From Macrostomum lignano (Eukaryota), in NCBI GenBank assembly GCA_002269645.1, contig NIVC01000928.1, positions 62,001 to 126,000 on the forward strand: a stretch of DNA of 64,000 nt, given 5' to 3'. Made by a program: the position numbers and the translations under genes. Each line of letters starts with the position of its first letter. Position 1 is the stretch's first letter. Of this stretch, positions 33,901-47,200 are shown one piece after another. The notes under the pieces are model-generated. The model had not been told where the DNA came from, made no database searches, and saw only the letters and a program-made list of their open reading frames with translations.

Positions 33901-36900
33901 CACCATCCATCTCGGACCTGACGAAGGTTGCAAACTGCGAGGCGACACCAGCCTGCTTGTCGCCCAGTGGGTGTAGCGCCTTGCACGCCGTGCAAATGAG
34001 GCGCTGTGTGCCGGATTCTGCCTTCGATGGGCGGAAAGCGCCCAGAGCAGCGGCACCGACAGGACCTGAGGCGACAGACTTCTCAAAGTCACGCAACGCT
34101 GACTCAGCCACAGCAGCCAGATTGACAATTAAGTGCATTCCGCAGTAAAGAGCGATCACCGGCGATGGTGCTGACATCCCGAGATTCTGGGCGAGCGGCT
34201 CGCGTATCTCGTCCAACAGCAGGCGAAGGCTGCGATTCACAACGTGGCAATCGGTCATCATGAACTTGATGCGGAGCAGCACACTCGCCTTCAGTCGCCG
34301 ATGCTCCTGCTCACGCTCAGCATCAGTCCAGTCGCTAGCTTCTTGGCTGATGAGGGACACGAAGGCGTCAATCAACTCATCCATCGAGGAGTCCATCTCA
34401 CGAGCATACATCTGTGTGGTGCCGCCCTCCATCTCTCGGAGACTCAAGGTCACTTGGCAACCATTGCCAGTGTCAACCTGCGGTTTTGGGAATGTAAGAA
34501 ACTATATGAGTTTCAACCCTGACAATTCCATACTAGTACATGCACACAAGCTATTTACCTGGTACTCGGCAAAGTGGCGACCCTTCTTGGAAGTAGCATT
34601 GGTCATCATCGACGGCCTTCAGGATCTTCTCCAGCGCCGCAGCCTTAGCCAGACTGCTGCCGATGCTGTAGGCCAAGGTGGTCACCAGGGTAGTAGAAGG
34701 CAGGCGCAGCTGCTAGACAGCAAACCCTCCCAGTGTGCCAAGCACTGTGCTGATGGTTGGACTGACCAGTTGCACTGGCACATGGCAGTCCAGTACGAGA
34801 CGCACACAGGTCTCAATCACTGGCCGGGTGAACTGCAGGCCACCTCGCTCCGGGCAGGTCTCCATTGTCTTGAGCACAGTAAAGTGAGGCTCTGTGCTCA
34901 TACATGCGCAACCTCCAAAATTCGGTCAGCCGTGCGACTTAGTTTTAACAAAAATGCAACATAGTTTTTGGCCAAAAATGCAACTTACATGTAAAAAAAA
35001 CCCTAAAGCAAAATTAACGCAACTGTGGGTAAACGGCAGGAGTAACTATGACTGTATTATTAAGCCAAAATGACTCGTCAGCTACTTAGTACTACTACTT
35101 GGGTATTTTTTCGGGTGGGCATTTTTGCGACTTCCTTTTTTGGCCGCCAAATCGGTCGGCCGGATCGGCCGACTTGGCCGACTGTTGCGCATGTATGTCT
35201 GTGCTCCAGCAAATGGTATCGTGGGCAGCATGGACCTCTCGCTGCAATGACGCGATGGTCTCCCTCGCCTTGGTCAGATCGGGCGTTCTCCGTAGCAGAA
35301 GCTTCCTCTGATCCTGCAGGCGACAATTCTGTGCACGCAGCGATTTCGACAATAGGTCAATTCTGGTGCTGTTGGAGTCATCCCTAGATGCAGTGGCAGC
35401 AGCAGCAGAAGCCGTGGAAGCTTGTACTAACTTCAAACGCTTCTGGTAGCGCCTGACGCATTGCGACCAGACGCGAGTCGGCGGCTGACAGCGAAGCTGG
35501 CGCCTCAGCTTCTCCACTTCTGCATCCTTTAGTGCCACTTTGGCCTCCAAGCACTCAACATAGGTTGTCAGCTTGTTCAGCTGGTCTTGCAGTTCAGCAG
35601 CAGCAGCCTTGAAAGCAAAGGATAAGAATTGGCTTGGCACTTCAACTGCATTCATTGGCATGTTTCGATTTTCTTAGAAACTTACCTGTATACCAGAAAT
35701 CTCCTCCATTGAGATGCTCTGTCCAGTGGCATGTTGTTTTCTGCTGGTCAGAGGCTTGACTGGAGTGCTAGTGCTTGGATCAGCAACTGATCCTGGTCCA
35801 GTAGGCTCTGCATCTGACACAACTATGCCATGATCATGTTGAGCAGGAGGTTCAAATGGACTGTCAAGAAAGTCCTGTAGTACTTGTGCAGATCCAGGTC
35901 TAGAGGCTGACTTTGATAATGTTTGTGCCTTCTGCTTCAGCCTTACCAAGTACTTGTATAAGGGCCAAGTTGCTTCTGTCTGCTTAGGAGCAATGGCAGC
36001 CTCAATGACTCCAACTTCCAGCTGCTGCTGGTTGAGGGCAGCCTGAACAGTCATGCGGCCACCACTCTTAAACAGATCAAGAGCAGCCCCAATTGTCATG
36101 GAAGCTGGTAGGTCAGACATGCTGCCAAGTGCTAGGCTGGAAAGTAAACTTAAGGGTAAAGCCAAGGTATATCAAACAAGACTATGTAAGCTTTTAAAAA
36201 AGCATTATCATTAAGACATTACAGTTGTATGTCAGTTGAATTAATTCTGAATGCTGAAAAGTTGTTACATCTTATCATTTATATATAAATGCAATATTAC
36301 TGCAATATTAGGTAGTGGCTATGTCATATGCATTCATGGATTATATGTATTCTTATATCAAAAAGTGTGCCCAATGAAAAGTCTTTTTTAGCTATAAAAA
36401 TTTGAAAAAAATGGGAAAAAATAAGACCTCTGGCAACAAAATCCATCAAGAAATAAAAAAATTATAGCAAATTGATTTTCAAAAGTTATATAATCTTGGA
36501 AAAATGATCACAGTGCCCTATGGAAAAAATACATTACAAGCTAGTACAAAAAATGTAACACAAAATGTACCATAACTTTTTTAATACCCAACCAATTTTT
36601 ATAAATGAAATGTCACCATGCTCATAAAGCATGGATCTATATGATGAAGTACAAAAAATGGCCTAATTTTTAGTTTTAAAAACCTCACTGAAGTCCCTAC
36701 TTTTGGTAACAGCCACTTCTGTAACAAATAGTGTTCTACTGCCATCTGTCTCTAGGACTAACTGTAACCATAACCAATCTTTTGGTTGCCTAACTATACT
36801 AATATTTTATTGCTATTATAGTGTAGAGTCAAAGTCAAAGTAAGTCAGTAGAGGTTAAACGGGATTGAAATCTTTAGGCAGGATCGGGATTGGGAATAAT

Positions 36901-39900
36901 TTTTTTCTTGGTATTAAGATCGGGATTTGGAAATTAGGATCAGGTCTTTTAGTGTATTCTAGCTTATAAATCTATATAAAGTTAAACAAAATTGATTTAA
37001 AATGTCAAGATCAAAAAGTAGAATACAACAAAACTGATGCAAAGTTTTGTAACCAACAAATTAATAATGTAATAAGTATAAGGTAAAACAAAATATATTC
37101 AAGTAATCACTAATTCTATAAATTTTAATCAAAAGACCTGTTCCTAATTCTTGTGTTTTTAGGGTCAGGATTCTAGTCCCGCGGGAATCCAATTTTCCTT
37201 GGGATCCCAAGATTTTGGGATTGGGATTGGGATCCTGTCTGACCTCTATTACAGTGCCCATTTCTCTATAATCCTATAGTTTCCTGTAACCATCACTATA
37301 ATATAACAAAAATTGAAAATAGTAAGGAAAACAATATAAAAAACACAGATTTGTAACATGTACCACCACACTCTGGATCATATAGTGTATGCTCAAAAAT
37401 TTGGGTATGCATTGGCCTTGCATGCCAAAATTAGGCATGCACAGTTGGCATGCATCACGCTTAAAAAATAGTATATATATATATATATACCTGGTATGAA
37501 GTATAAATTTCAAGCTTTCCAGTTTTTTAAGCTTGTAAAAAGCATTTAAACAAAATCTTGCATGTATTAATTTTCTGCTATAAATAGTTTTGCTAAAAAA
37601 GCATAAAAATCAACCAAATTTTTTGCTAATAAATAAGGGTCTTTTATGCAATTTAAAAAAAGTCATTTATTGTTGCAACATTGGCATATTTTTGAAAATA
37701 GGTATGCATTACATTTTTTATGGTGTGCATTTGTAATTATTCAATTTTTGTTCAGGAATGCACCCAGCATGATCTAGACTATAGTGTACTGCAAATATAA
37801 AAAACTACCTTCCTCTAGATTGTTGAGATATCCTTGAAAACTGGCAATTTTATATCTATTTAATTTTCAATATGCAATATAAACACATGTCATATTATGC
37901 TTGTGTCTAAAAAAAGATGATACAAAAATAAAAACTCCAACTATAAATCAAATCAAATCAAACAGATAAAATAGCCAATGCTCAATTCAATAAATAATGT
38001 CACATTCATCATCTATTCATGTATTGCATTCAATTGTTCATTGAAAGCTTAAAGTTGAAAAATGAAAACAAAAAATGTAACAAAAATTACTTTGAAATAG
38101 GAGCATAAGACCCTCTAAGAGCACTAGAGCAATGACTCTCTTATCCTAGTAATGCTTAGGACTGGAGAGAGAACACATGCAGTATATATACCAGTAGACC
38201 ATATACTGCTCAGGCCAGGATAATAGAAGAACACACTGTATGGTTTAAATATACTGTATGTGCTAAGCAAAAATCCAAATCTAATATTATTGTAAATATA
38301 ACCCAGTTTCAATTAGATATACTTCTAAAAATATATAAACAAAGTTGTAACACAAATGACTAGAAAAGAAAAACATAAGATCAAAATAAATATAGCTTTA
38401 TATATGCATATCTAAGCTTATATATTCATTCTAAAAGTAATACCAAATAAAATTCAATTATTGCAATAACAATAGCAACAATGTTATACTTGCCCTTTCT
38501 ATAAAAATTAGGGATTGGCTCAATGCTTTTTATTTACAAGTTAGAAAAAATAGCAGGGCTTAAAATTAATATTTTTAGTTGATAAAATGACTTTTACTGT
38601 AGTGTGCACCTTAGGCGAAGGGCTATTCAGAAGTTAAAATAGATGGTGGTTTGCAGTGCATTCACAATGAAGCATTGTCAGTCAGCTTCCATTGATAAAT
38701 CATGAGTTGATATAAGTTCTGACAATCATAGGCAATGCTAGACAGTGGCTGTACACTTTGTCACAACACCCAACCTGCTCCTAGGAGGTTGACAATGATG
38801 ACAACGATGGCGGCCAGGTTTTGGTGCCTCCCAGTGGCAATGGCAGCAAAGCCAACAGTGTCACTGGTGGCAGCGGTGGCGGTAGCAGCGGCACCATCAA
38901 GCTGTCCGGCATTAAAAGTGAATCTGGCGACTCTAGCCAGGTGGCAGCATCCACCAATGGCCAGCAGCAGCAGCAGTCATCGTCCTACAGTCGCAAGGTG
39001 GCCATGTACGTTGGCAATCTGACCTGGTGGACAACAGACGAAGACATCCTGGCCAGCATGCAGGAATTGGGCGTCAGCGATATTGTTGAGATCAAGTTTC
39101 ACGAGAACAGGCAGAATGGCCAGTCCAAGGGCTTCTGCGTGCTGGTTGTGGGCTCCGAGCAGTCCAGTCGCACTGTGATGGACCGCCTGCCCAAGATGGA
39201 GCTGCACGGTCAGCAGCCCATGGTTACTCACTGCAATAAGCAGACTCTGCAGTATTTTGAGCAGCAAGCCGGCGGCGGCAGAGGCGACAGGGACGGTGGC
39301 GGCCAGAGTGGCTCGGGTGGCCGGTCTGGCGGCGGTCGCGAAGACCGGGATGGCGTCGGCCAGCAGGGCATGCAGCAGCGGGACGGCTACCGTGGCGGCG
39401 GCGGCGGCGGTGGCATGCGGCAGTCGGGCGGCCAGCAGGGCGGCTCGCAGTTCAATAACCGGCCTCAGCCATTGATGGCTTCGTCTGCGCAGCCGCAGAA
39501 TCAGCAGCTGGCCCAGCAGATGGCTCAGCAGATGCAGCAGCAGCAACAGCAGGCTCAGATGCTGGCCTATCAGCAGCAGCGCATGGCCATGGCCGCCCAG
39601 CAGCAGCCGCCTCAGTTCATGCGGCCTGGCATGCCGCCGCCTCAGGCTGGGCAGTTCATGCGACCCCCAGCCGGTATGATGCTGCCGCCTGGCGGGCCGC
39701 ACATGCCGCCGCAGCAGGGCATGCCGCCGGGCTCTCAGGCTGGCGGGCCGCCGCCTCAGGGCATGGTTATGCCGGGCGGCCGGCCACCAGGTATGCCCGG
39801 TATGCCGCCAGGTATGCCACCGCAGCAGGGCGGGCCGCAGCCGCATGGTGGCATGCCGCCGCCTGGACCGGCCACCACGGCTGCTCCTCACATCAACCCG

Positions 39901-40695
39901 GCTTTCTTTCCCAGGCCGCCGATGCCGCCTGGAGGGGGACCGCCTGGCGGCCCTGGCATGCCGCCACAGCAGCAACCTGGCGGCCCTGGTCAGCAGCCAC
40001 CGGGCATGATGCCTGGCGGCCCTCCCCAGCTGGACATGTTTGGCAGGCCAATCGCTCCTGGATCCTTCATGCCGCATCAGCAGCAGCATCCGCCATCGTC
40101 TATGGCCGGCCCGGGCGGACCTGGCGGAGTTCCCGTGTCCAGCTCTGGCGTCGGTATGCCTCCAGCCAGCGTCGCTGCAGCTGCCGGCCTGTCCGAGTCC
40201 GATGCCGAGGAGATGCTGGCCAGGAACAAGACGGTGTGCAGCTCGGCCATCAGCCGGGCGGTGCAGGATGCCGCGGCCGGTGACTACGCTGCCGCCATTG
40301 AGACCCTGGTGACGGCCATCTCGCTGATCAAGCAGAGCAAACTGGCCGGAGACGATCGGTGCGCCATTCTGATCAACTCGCTGCAGGACACCCTGCACGG
40401 CATCGAGAGCAAGAGCTACGGCACCAGCCAGAAGGCAGGCGGTCGCAGCGGCGGCGGCGGTGGAGGCGGCGGCAGATCCAGCAGTCGGCGCCGCCGGTCG
40501 TACAGCCGGTCTGGCAGCGAAGAGCTGGATGACCGGGTGGTGAGCGCCAGCAAGCGGTCGCGCAGTCGCAGCCGAGACGGCGGCGGCAGCAGCAGCAAGC
40601 GTCGGCGAAGTCGCGACCGCGGCGACCGCTACGACTACGAGAGCGGCGGCGGCGGCGGTAGTCGGCGTCACGGCGACCGCTCCTACAGGCACTGA
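30945..40695 (+). CDS. CPSF6: Cleavage and polyadenylation specificity factor 6 (CFIm68)-like. Exons 30945-31007 and 38785-40695
   Basis: Exon 1 MNDTDQLDLYNIGEEEEFKSE|GTAAGC resembles the CPSF6 N-terminus (IDIY...GEEF.QE); phase-0 acceptor CTCCTAG|GAG. RRM KVAMYVGNLTWWTTDEDI...KFHENRQNGQSKGF...LPKMELHGQ, a Pro/Gly/Gln-rich region, the conserved NKTVCSSAISRAVQDA...IETLVTAISLIKQSK...LINSLQDTLHGIESKSYG block, and an RS tail. Confidence 0.95.
32124..36120 (-). pseudogene. Multi-exon DDE transposase pseudogene with C-terminal RG repeat and Spin/Ssty (Tudor)-like domain
   Basis: Motifs (N)ATSKKGRHF, IKFMMTDCH, LYCGMH (CxxH), ESGTQRLICTACKAL, FRGNR, GCRALGLID, DHLPGG and KDNVPGERVFG. GT-AG introns. 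In-frame stops at ~34713, ~33794 and ~32820, several frameshifts and a MITE insertion. Confidence 0.85.
34899..35197. mobile_element. 299-bp MITE with perfect 14-bp TIR CATACATGCGCAAC and 8-bp TSD TCTGTGCT, inserted in the transposase ORF
   Basis: TSD at 34891-34898 and 35198-35205. Removing it restores the frame HDTICWS-TEPHFTVLK. Confidence 0.9.
36848..37250. repeat. Dispersed MITE-like repeat rich in GGGATT; a second partial copy lies at ~63385-63550
   Basis: Imperfect terminal inverted repeat TAGAGGT(T/C)A(A/G)AC(G/A)GGAT; the first ~170 bp match 63385-63550. No TSD found. Confidence 0.55.
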
Positions 40696-42606
40696 GGGCG
40701 GCGGCGGCGACGAGGAACTGAAAAAGCATTAAGTAGTCTGCCGTGATCCGTGAGTTGCATAAATATTTCTGCATTTCATGCCTGCATTTCTGCTCCCAAG
40801 AGTTTTATTTAGTTTGTTTTATTCATACCTTTGGCATAGAATTAATCTGATTATTTTTCACTGCGTGTGTCGCATTGTGCCAAAAACCAGTGTTGAGTCC
40901 TTCAATTAGCAGCTATCATTTATCAATTTTGATTTGTTTGCTAAATAATGGGAGATTATAAAAAATGCATTCTGTTGTGTTCCAAAGTTCCTTACTCCAT
41001 GTGATGATGGCGTCTTAGTTTAAGGGACGAGTTTTTATTCAACTTTTTAATGCTCAATTTGCTGCATTTCATCGGGCATTTATCTGCTTATTGTATTGAT
41101 CTTTCGGGTTGGTTATTCAGTAATTTTACTAGTATTGTTGTATAATAGCAGTGAAATACATAATCCATGGGTTTAATCAGTATATCCACATACTAATCCA
41201 AATTATTGTGCTCAAGTGGAATTTGGGTCACGAGAGTGTTGGTGACCCCTCAGCGTGTTTGCTGACAATTTTGTAAGTCACTTGTGCAAACTATATTGGC
41301 TTGAAGTCACTTTGTTGGCCTACTACTAAGTAGTATGTCGATGCTAACAGCTTTAACCTCTTTAAGCAGCTCTTTTAATCTGCTTCTGTTTAGTGTCCAA
41401 AGTGTCTTTTTTAAAAGTCTGTGTACCTTTCTTTCTGTTGCGAACACCTACTAGGGATCTGGTCTGGCAGGATGAAATTACTTGGTTGCTACCCACACAG
41501 TTAATAATTGAGTTGTCTTTCACTAATATTTTGCACTTCTACGCTTGTTAATAGAAAGAGTGCCATCTGGGGCTTGCACAGGCTGTGGTTCAGTGCTAAT
41601 GTCAGTTATAGAATTGAAGATGCTGTGTGTTTCTGAGCATTTGCTTGTAAAGTATAAACACCCCAGTTTTTATTGGTGAGTATGAGCACACCCCATCCTG
41701 CTCAGTTGAGTCAGTATTGCTTGTACGCGCTGGCAGGGCAAGTGTTTGCCTCTGGGATTTAAATTTGGTACAATTATATATGAGACTTATTTGTCCGTTT
41801 AACCTATAGTGATTATGCTAATGTCTGTACTTTTAATTGCACACTATTTTCTAGTGCGGTAGGTTCGCAGCGAAATTTATTATAAATTTATTAGCAATCA
41901 GAAATTTAGAATTATAAAATCCCAGTTTCAAGCTGTCAATCTTTTTTCGCTTCTTGATCTCCACACCCTGTGCTTGTGTTGGGGAAATATTTATAAATAT
42001 CTGCATATACCCGTACATACTACTGTTCTCTTACTGTTCATAGTAGTAGTACTATAGTAGGAATACTTGACTATTGTCTCCAATTTTCCGGAAAAATTTG
42101 CTGCGATAAAATTGCGGAATTAATTCCCATGCCAGAAAAAGTTATGTTTTACGGTAAAAGTAGCATCTGCTTTGTCTGTACCAAATTAATTAAACAAGCA
42201 GTTTGGCAAGCGGAGGATCTTCCAGTGCATCGCAGTGCGCAGACATGCAAAACGGTAGGAATTGGCATTGTCAATATTGCGTACCTGTGACCCTAATTTA
42301 AAACTGCATTGAATCGAAATAATATTTATACTTTTTTGTGTTGCTTTTGCATTGTCTGCTCGGAAAATTATTTGTGCGTTTGTGTTGCCACCCTCTGCTC
42401 ATTTTTTCTAGGTCAGTCTGTGCCGCTCATTTCTGCAATCAGCGGCCCCCACTGCTTTCAGCACGGATTTTAAGCGACTGGCATCATCTGTAACTGAAAC
42501 TGAACAGCTCCTCACCTGTTGCTGTCTTTTGCGGTAGCTTTTTTTATTTGTCTGCGCACCTCTGGTTATTTATATTCTGCCTAGTTAAGCCCTTGCTAAT
42601 CCCCAC

Positions 42607-43050
42607 CACAGATTCTAAAATAATAGATGGGCCAATCAGCACATTTGCGTGTCAGCTACTTTCAGTTCAGTAGTAAGTTAAACTGAAACATTTATTAGTA
42701 TTTTTAAAGCCAAGGCTCATTCATTGGCTCTTACTCCCAGCCTAAATCCTCCAAACGCGCCTTTCCACTCTACCCCCCCACCCCACTCTAATTTTTATTG
42801 CCTTTCTCGGAATTCCAGCCAAAAGCTGCCATGTACATTTCAGTGAACTGGCCAATGTACATTACTGCTGAATCAATTAGCAAGCTGTTTACGCCTGCAA
42901 GCTTTGGGTTTTCAAACTTATTAAAGTCAATTTCAGCTGCCATTTTTAAAATAGCTTATGTATTCTTCTTTACTACTGAACTGAAAGTAGAAAGCTGTTT
43001 TACTAAGTAAATGTGCCTGAGTGGCCCATCTAGTTATTTTAGAACCTGTG
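42607..43050. mobile_element. MITE (444 bp) with ~40-bp TIR and near-perfect 8-bp TSD
   Basis: CACAGATTCTAAAATAATAGATGGGCCAATCAGCACATTT is mirrored at 43010-43050; flanks ATCCCCAC / TTCCCCAC. Confidence 0.7.
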
Positions 43051-43879
43051 TTCCCCACATTTGTGTTCTCTGTCAGCTTTGCTGCGTTTATTTTTCACTT
43101 GGTCGGAAAATAATCAATATTTTTTTTGTTTGAGCATCTCCAGTTTATTAAATTATATCTTAGTTAAGTATGTAGGAATGTAAACTCGTGTCTTTTTTAT
43201 TATTATTAATAATAATTCCGTTAGCTGTTGTGCTGCGCTTGGCAACTTGCATCTGGTGTGGGTGGGAGTGGAATTAAAGAGCATTTTGTACTTTTTATTT
43301 AGCAAAATTTGTACCTTATGGGGTGTAGGAGTTTGAGCTGTCAAACTCAAATCATTTCTCAAAATCATTAAATTGCTGCATTTAGAGTTGCTAACTAGCT
43401 AATCCACCTATTGAGTCCTATATGATTTTGTTAGGACCAATTTAAGGCTATTAAGAAGTTTAGAGCCATCAGAATTCGATCTTATCATTGCACATGCGGG
43501 GTTCCCGGTTTGCGTTGTATCTTATAATTATAAACATTGCTTCAAGCGTGTTCCTTTTCTCCTGTTGTTATTCATAGTCAATGTAATGTGACCTTGTTTG
43601 TAATCAGCTATGCTAATCCCAATTCAAATCCCAAACCAATTAGTAGTTTTTACTATTTTAAATGCTGTTAGTTGACTGCTATCTGTTGAGTTTTGCTCTG
43701 CGTTGTAAACAACAATTTGACCTATATTGCAACTAAAATAATTCAGCCCAAAGCAAAACAAGGCAAAGCAAATCCTTTTTTGCAATTCGTGAGAAAAATA
43801 AAAAGAAGTTGTTAATATCTCTTTTAATTTCTGAATTGTAAAAAAATTATATTGTAACTCTGGGATTGGATGACGGGTG

Positions 43880-44005
43880 AATGTCTGGGGCCGATGGTGT
43901 GGGGATGTCTGGGGCCGATGGTGTGGGGATGTCTGAGGCGGCCGGTGTGGGGATGTCTGGGGCGGATGGTGTGAAGGTGTCTGGGACCGATGGTGTGGGG
44001 ATGTC
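43880..44005 (-). repeat. 24-bp tandem repeat, ~5 copies, encoding (DIPTPSAP)n on the minus strand
   Basis: GATGTCTGGGGCCGATGGTGTGGG units; in frame with the restored WSC ORF. Confidence 0.85.
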
Positions 44006-44240
44006 TTTATTGTACCCTACCGGCGAGGACAGGCGCGCACTTGGCGTTTCGTCAATTGCCCGGTGGCTGATGCCATGGCGCCCCGGACACTGCCGGCGGC
44101 GCGGTCTCGTTCGCGCCCAGGCCTTGAAACGAGCTCTGTGACGTTGTCTTTGCCTCTCATGAATCGCTTGACTGGCTGACACGTGTTTTGTTGTTTTGGT
44201 TGTAATGTGAAAAGCGACCCCAAGGAGACTGTAGACTAAA

Positions 44241-47200
44241 CCCTCTGGTAAATGAACCAGATAACACCACAAGATAATTTGCGAATCTTGTCAGATTCAC
44301 TACCGATTTCCTTGTTTGAGGTGCGAAACTGGTGAAACCACCAGATTCGTCACCAGGTAATTTTAGTGTTATCTGGTTTGACTGTTATCTGGTAAGTTAT
44401 CTGAATTTCACCAGATAACATGGCCCGAATCTTGCTTAGAAATCAGATTACATGACAAGATTCGCCACCAGATAATTTTTTGTTTTCTTGTTTGACTGTT
44501 ATCTGGTGAGTTATCTGAATTTTACAATATAACATGGGTCGAATCTTGTTTTAAAAACAAATAATAGTACATGATTCACCACCAGATAATTCTCTTATCT
44601 TGGTTGATCGAATCTTGTTTGAATCGGAATTTTACAGGATAACATGGTGCGAATCTTGTTTGAAAAACAGATAACAGTACAAGATTTAAATCAAGATAAC
44701 TGTGTGTTATCTGGTCTGTAAGAAGCCTGTGTGGTATATGACCTACGTGTGTCTCTCTTTTCGGCCATAGACTTATTTTGTTATGATTCTGCTCTGACAC
44801 TTTCTTTTAAGTACTAAGCTGCGAGCTGCCTTGAAGAAAAGGGAAAAAGGAAGAAATATACTCTCGCGCAAACTCTAAACGAAAGAGCATTCCTGGAATT
44901 CATTACGGAAACCGGATGCTACACTGTGAATCTGAAATTTGCCGGATAACATGATGCGAATCTGGTTTGCAAACCAGATAATGGAAAAAGATTTCAATCC
45001 AGATGCCTTTGTGTTATCCGGTCTGTAAGAACCTGTTGTACTTTTCACCCATAATTTTTTCCAGAATTTCGGGATCCGGGCCCAATTTATTAATTGATTT
45101 CCAAGTGAAGGCTTGGATCAGCATTTTTGGTCCGGAATAGCCCCTTTTTCCAAAAAATGTGACCTGCAAAAGTTCAAGAAAAAGGAAAGCTGTTCGGCTG
45201 GATTTTCCTTCTGGTCTTCGCGTCTGTTGTGGCTTAAGGCAGCTGCTATGCTGACCTGCGATGGATAATCAATCCTCGCTTCTTTTGGGACTCAAGGCAG
45301 CTGCTATGCTGACCTGCGATGGAAAATCGATCCTCGCTTCTGTTGGGACTCAAGGCAGCTGCAATGCTGACCTGCGATGGATAATCAATCCTCGCTTCTG
45401 TTGGAACTCAAGGCAGCTGCTAAGCTGACCTGCGAGGGGTAAAGTGCCATTATCAGCAAACGCTAGCTCTCGTAATGTGAGGCCGTGCCCACCCTCCCTG
45501 CAGGTGATAGCTTTGTTGGCTCCGACAAACTATTGCATTCTTATTGTGCTGGAGAGGTTTGACTCCCAATGGCATGTAGTCTGTCGCGGTTACTTAGTGT
45601 ATCAGATTACCCTGTCTGGTGCAGCTGGGTGTCTAGATGGAGCTGTGGCATGGTTCCAAAAACTCCTACTGGCCCAGTTCTAAGGTAGCCTTTTCTTTTT
45701 TAAGACAGACGTTATTCTAGCTCTTGCTAGAGCATGCTCCATTGGGTTGTCTAAAGCGTCTGCAGTGTTGGTGTATGGCCACCAGCGAGGGATAATGGAA
45801 CGCCGCTTCAACCGATGAATCAGAGTTGAGCAGTTGACTGAAAATGCTGACCTGCGAGGGGTAATCAATCCTCGCGTCTGTTGTGGCTAAGGCAGCTGCT
45901 AAGAGTAGTCACTTTTATTTGACTACGCGGGTCAATCTTTAATCCGAGGGGTAATAAAGCCTCGAAATTGCAAGGTGAATTGATCTGCTTTTCGGAGGCA
46001 CTGTAGCGTCCGTAATGTGAGACTGAGCCCATCCTCCGTACAGGTGACAATTGATAAATTGTTGCGCCCTGATTGTGTGCGAGAGGTTTGACTACCACTG
46101 GCATGTAGTCTGTCACAGCTGCTTAGTGTGTCAACGGGCTGAATGATTCTATCGTCATATTTGACGCTTAGAAGCATGAGTCAGCCAGCCATATTGTTTG
46201 GCACAGCTGGGTGTCTAGGACTCTAGACGGAGACTGGCATAGTTCCAAATAGCTCTAACTGGCCCAGTATGCAAAGCAGCTTTCCTATTAAGATAGACGC
46301 TAATCCGATTATTGTCGATGCATGCTCCATTGGTTTGTCTAAGGCGTTTGCAGTTGCAGCAGCCGTGAGCAGATCAAGTCAAGAGAATAGTGTTGGTAAT
46401 CTTGTCGAGGGTTAATAAATCCTTGAACAAGTCAAGAGAGTAGTCGTTACAGACTCCGAGTAACGGTAATCTTATCGAGGGTTAATAAATCCTCGAACAA
46501 GTCAAGAGAGTAGTCGATACAGACCATGAGTGTCGGTAATCTTGTCAGCCACTTATTTTCGGAGGGTGTGTCACTGCTTCGAACGACGCAGTTGATGACG
46601 CCTTTGGATGATCGTCCGTCGCACTAGCGACATCTGCAACGCCAAGTCGGTTGGATATTACCTTTGGTTCACGGGATTGCGAAGACAACCAGGTAAGAGT
46701 TTCCAGCGTAGTCGGCATTTCGTGGACGCAACTGCACGAGACGAAGCCATCGCCGCGCGAGCCGGCGCATCAGATGATGCGCCATTCACTTTGTCGATCC
46801 GGTCTACGAGCAGCTGATCAACGAAAGCCAGTTGATTCCGGATGACGACTATGCTACGAATGATATTCTATCGACGCAGCTGACATTACTAGTGAACAGT
46901 CGTACAATCTGGCAATGATTGTCGGCAAACCGTCGCTGTCTGTTAGAGCTAGACGATCGAGTGTGTATGTACATCACTGTTTCTTTATAACTGTGTATAT
47001 TTCGGAGAAACTGCCTTTCATCGCCATTTAATTCAACTTTAATAATGCAGAGTCGTTCCATTGCGCCGGCATATAATGCGAGCCCCCGTCAGTGGTCTCA
47101 TTAATCGCCGTCCGCGCGCGCGACCCGATCTTTCAAACGTCTGGCTCACGCGTCGACTGCGGTCAGAGTCGCGTCCGAGTACAGCAGGTCCGACCTCGCC

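Larger units (their letters stand above)
31419..36699 (-). mobile_element. 5281-bp hAT-like DNA transposon with 7-bp TSD CTTTTGG (probably the Repbase 'hATw'-type group; recalled, not checked), antisense in CPSF6 intron 1
   Basis: TIR TAGGGACTTCAATAAGG vs TAGGGACTTCAGTGAGG (15/17 match; fits the hAT YARNG terminus). TSD at 31412-31418 and 36700-36706. An alternative reading with G-terminated TIRs gives a 5-bp TSD TTTTG. Removing the element rejoins a degenerate CCACTTTGGTAACAG tandem. Confidence 0.85.

Noticed and set aside
38977-40692. 571-aa minus-strand ORF
   Set aside because: Antisense shadow of the GC-rich CPSF6 exon; no domain features.
40696-42300. CFIm (UGUA) autoregulatory cluster in the CPSF6 3' UTR
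   Set aside because: About 8 TGTA in ~1.6 kb is close to chance expectation for AT-rich DNA.
44260-45030. CRISPR-like array of short repeats with variable spacers
   Set aside because: Repeats are short, occur in both orientations and are mirrored at 47.4-47.7 kb: transposon subterminal repeats in a eukaryotic locus with no cas genes.
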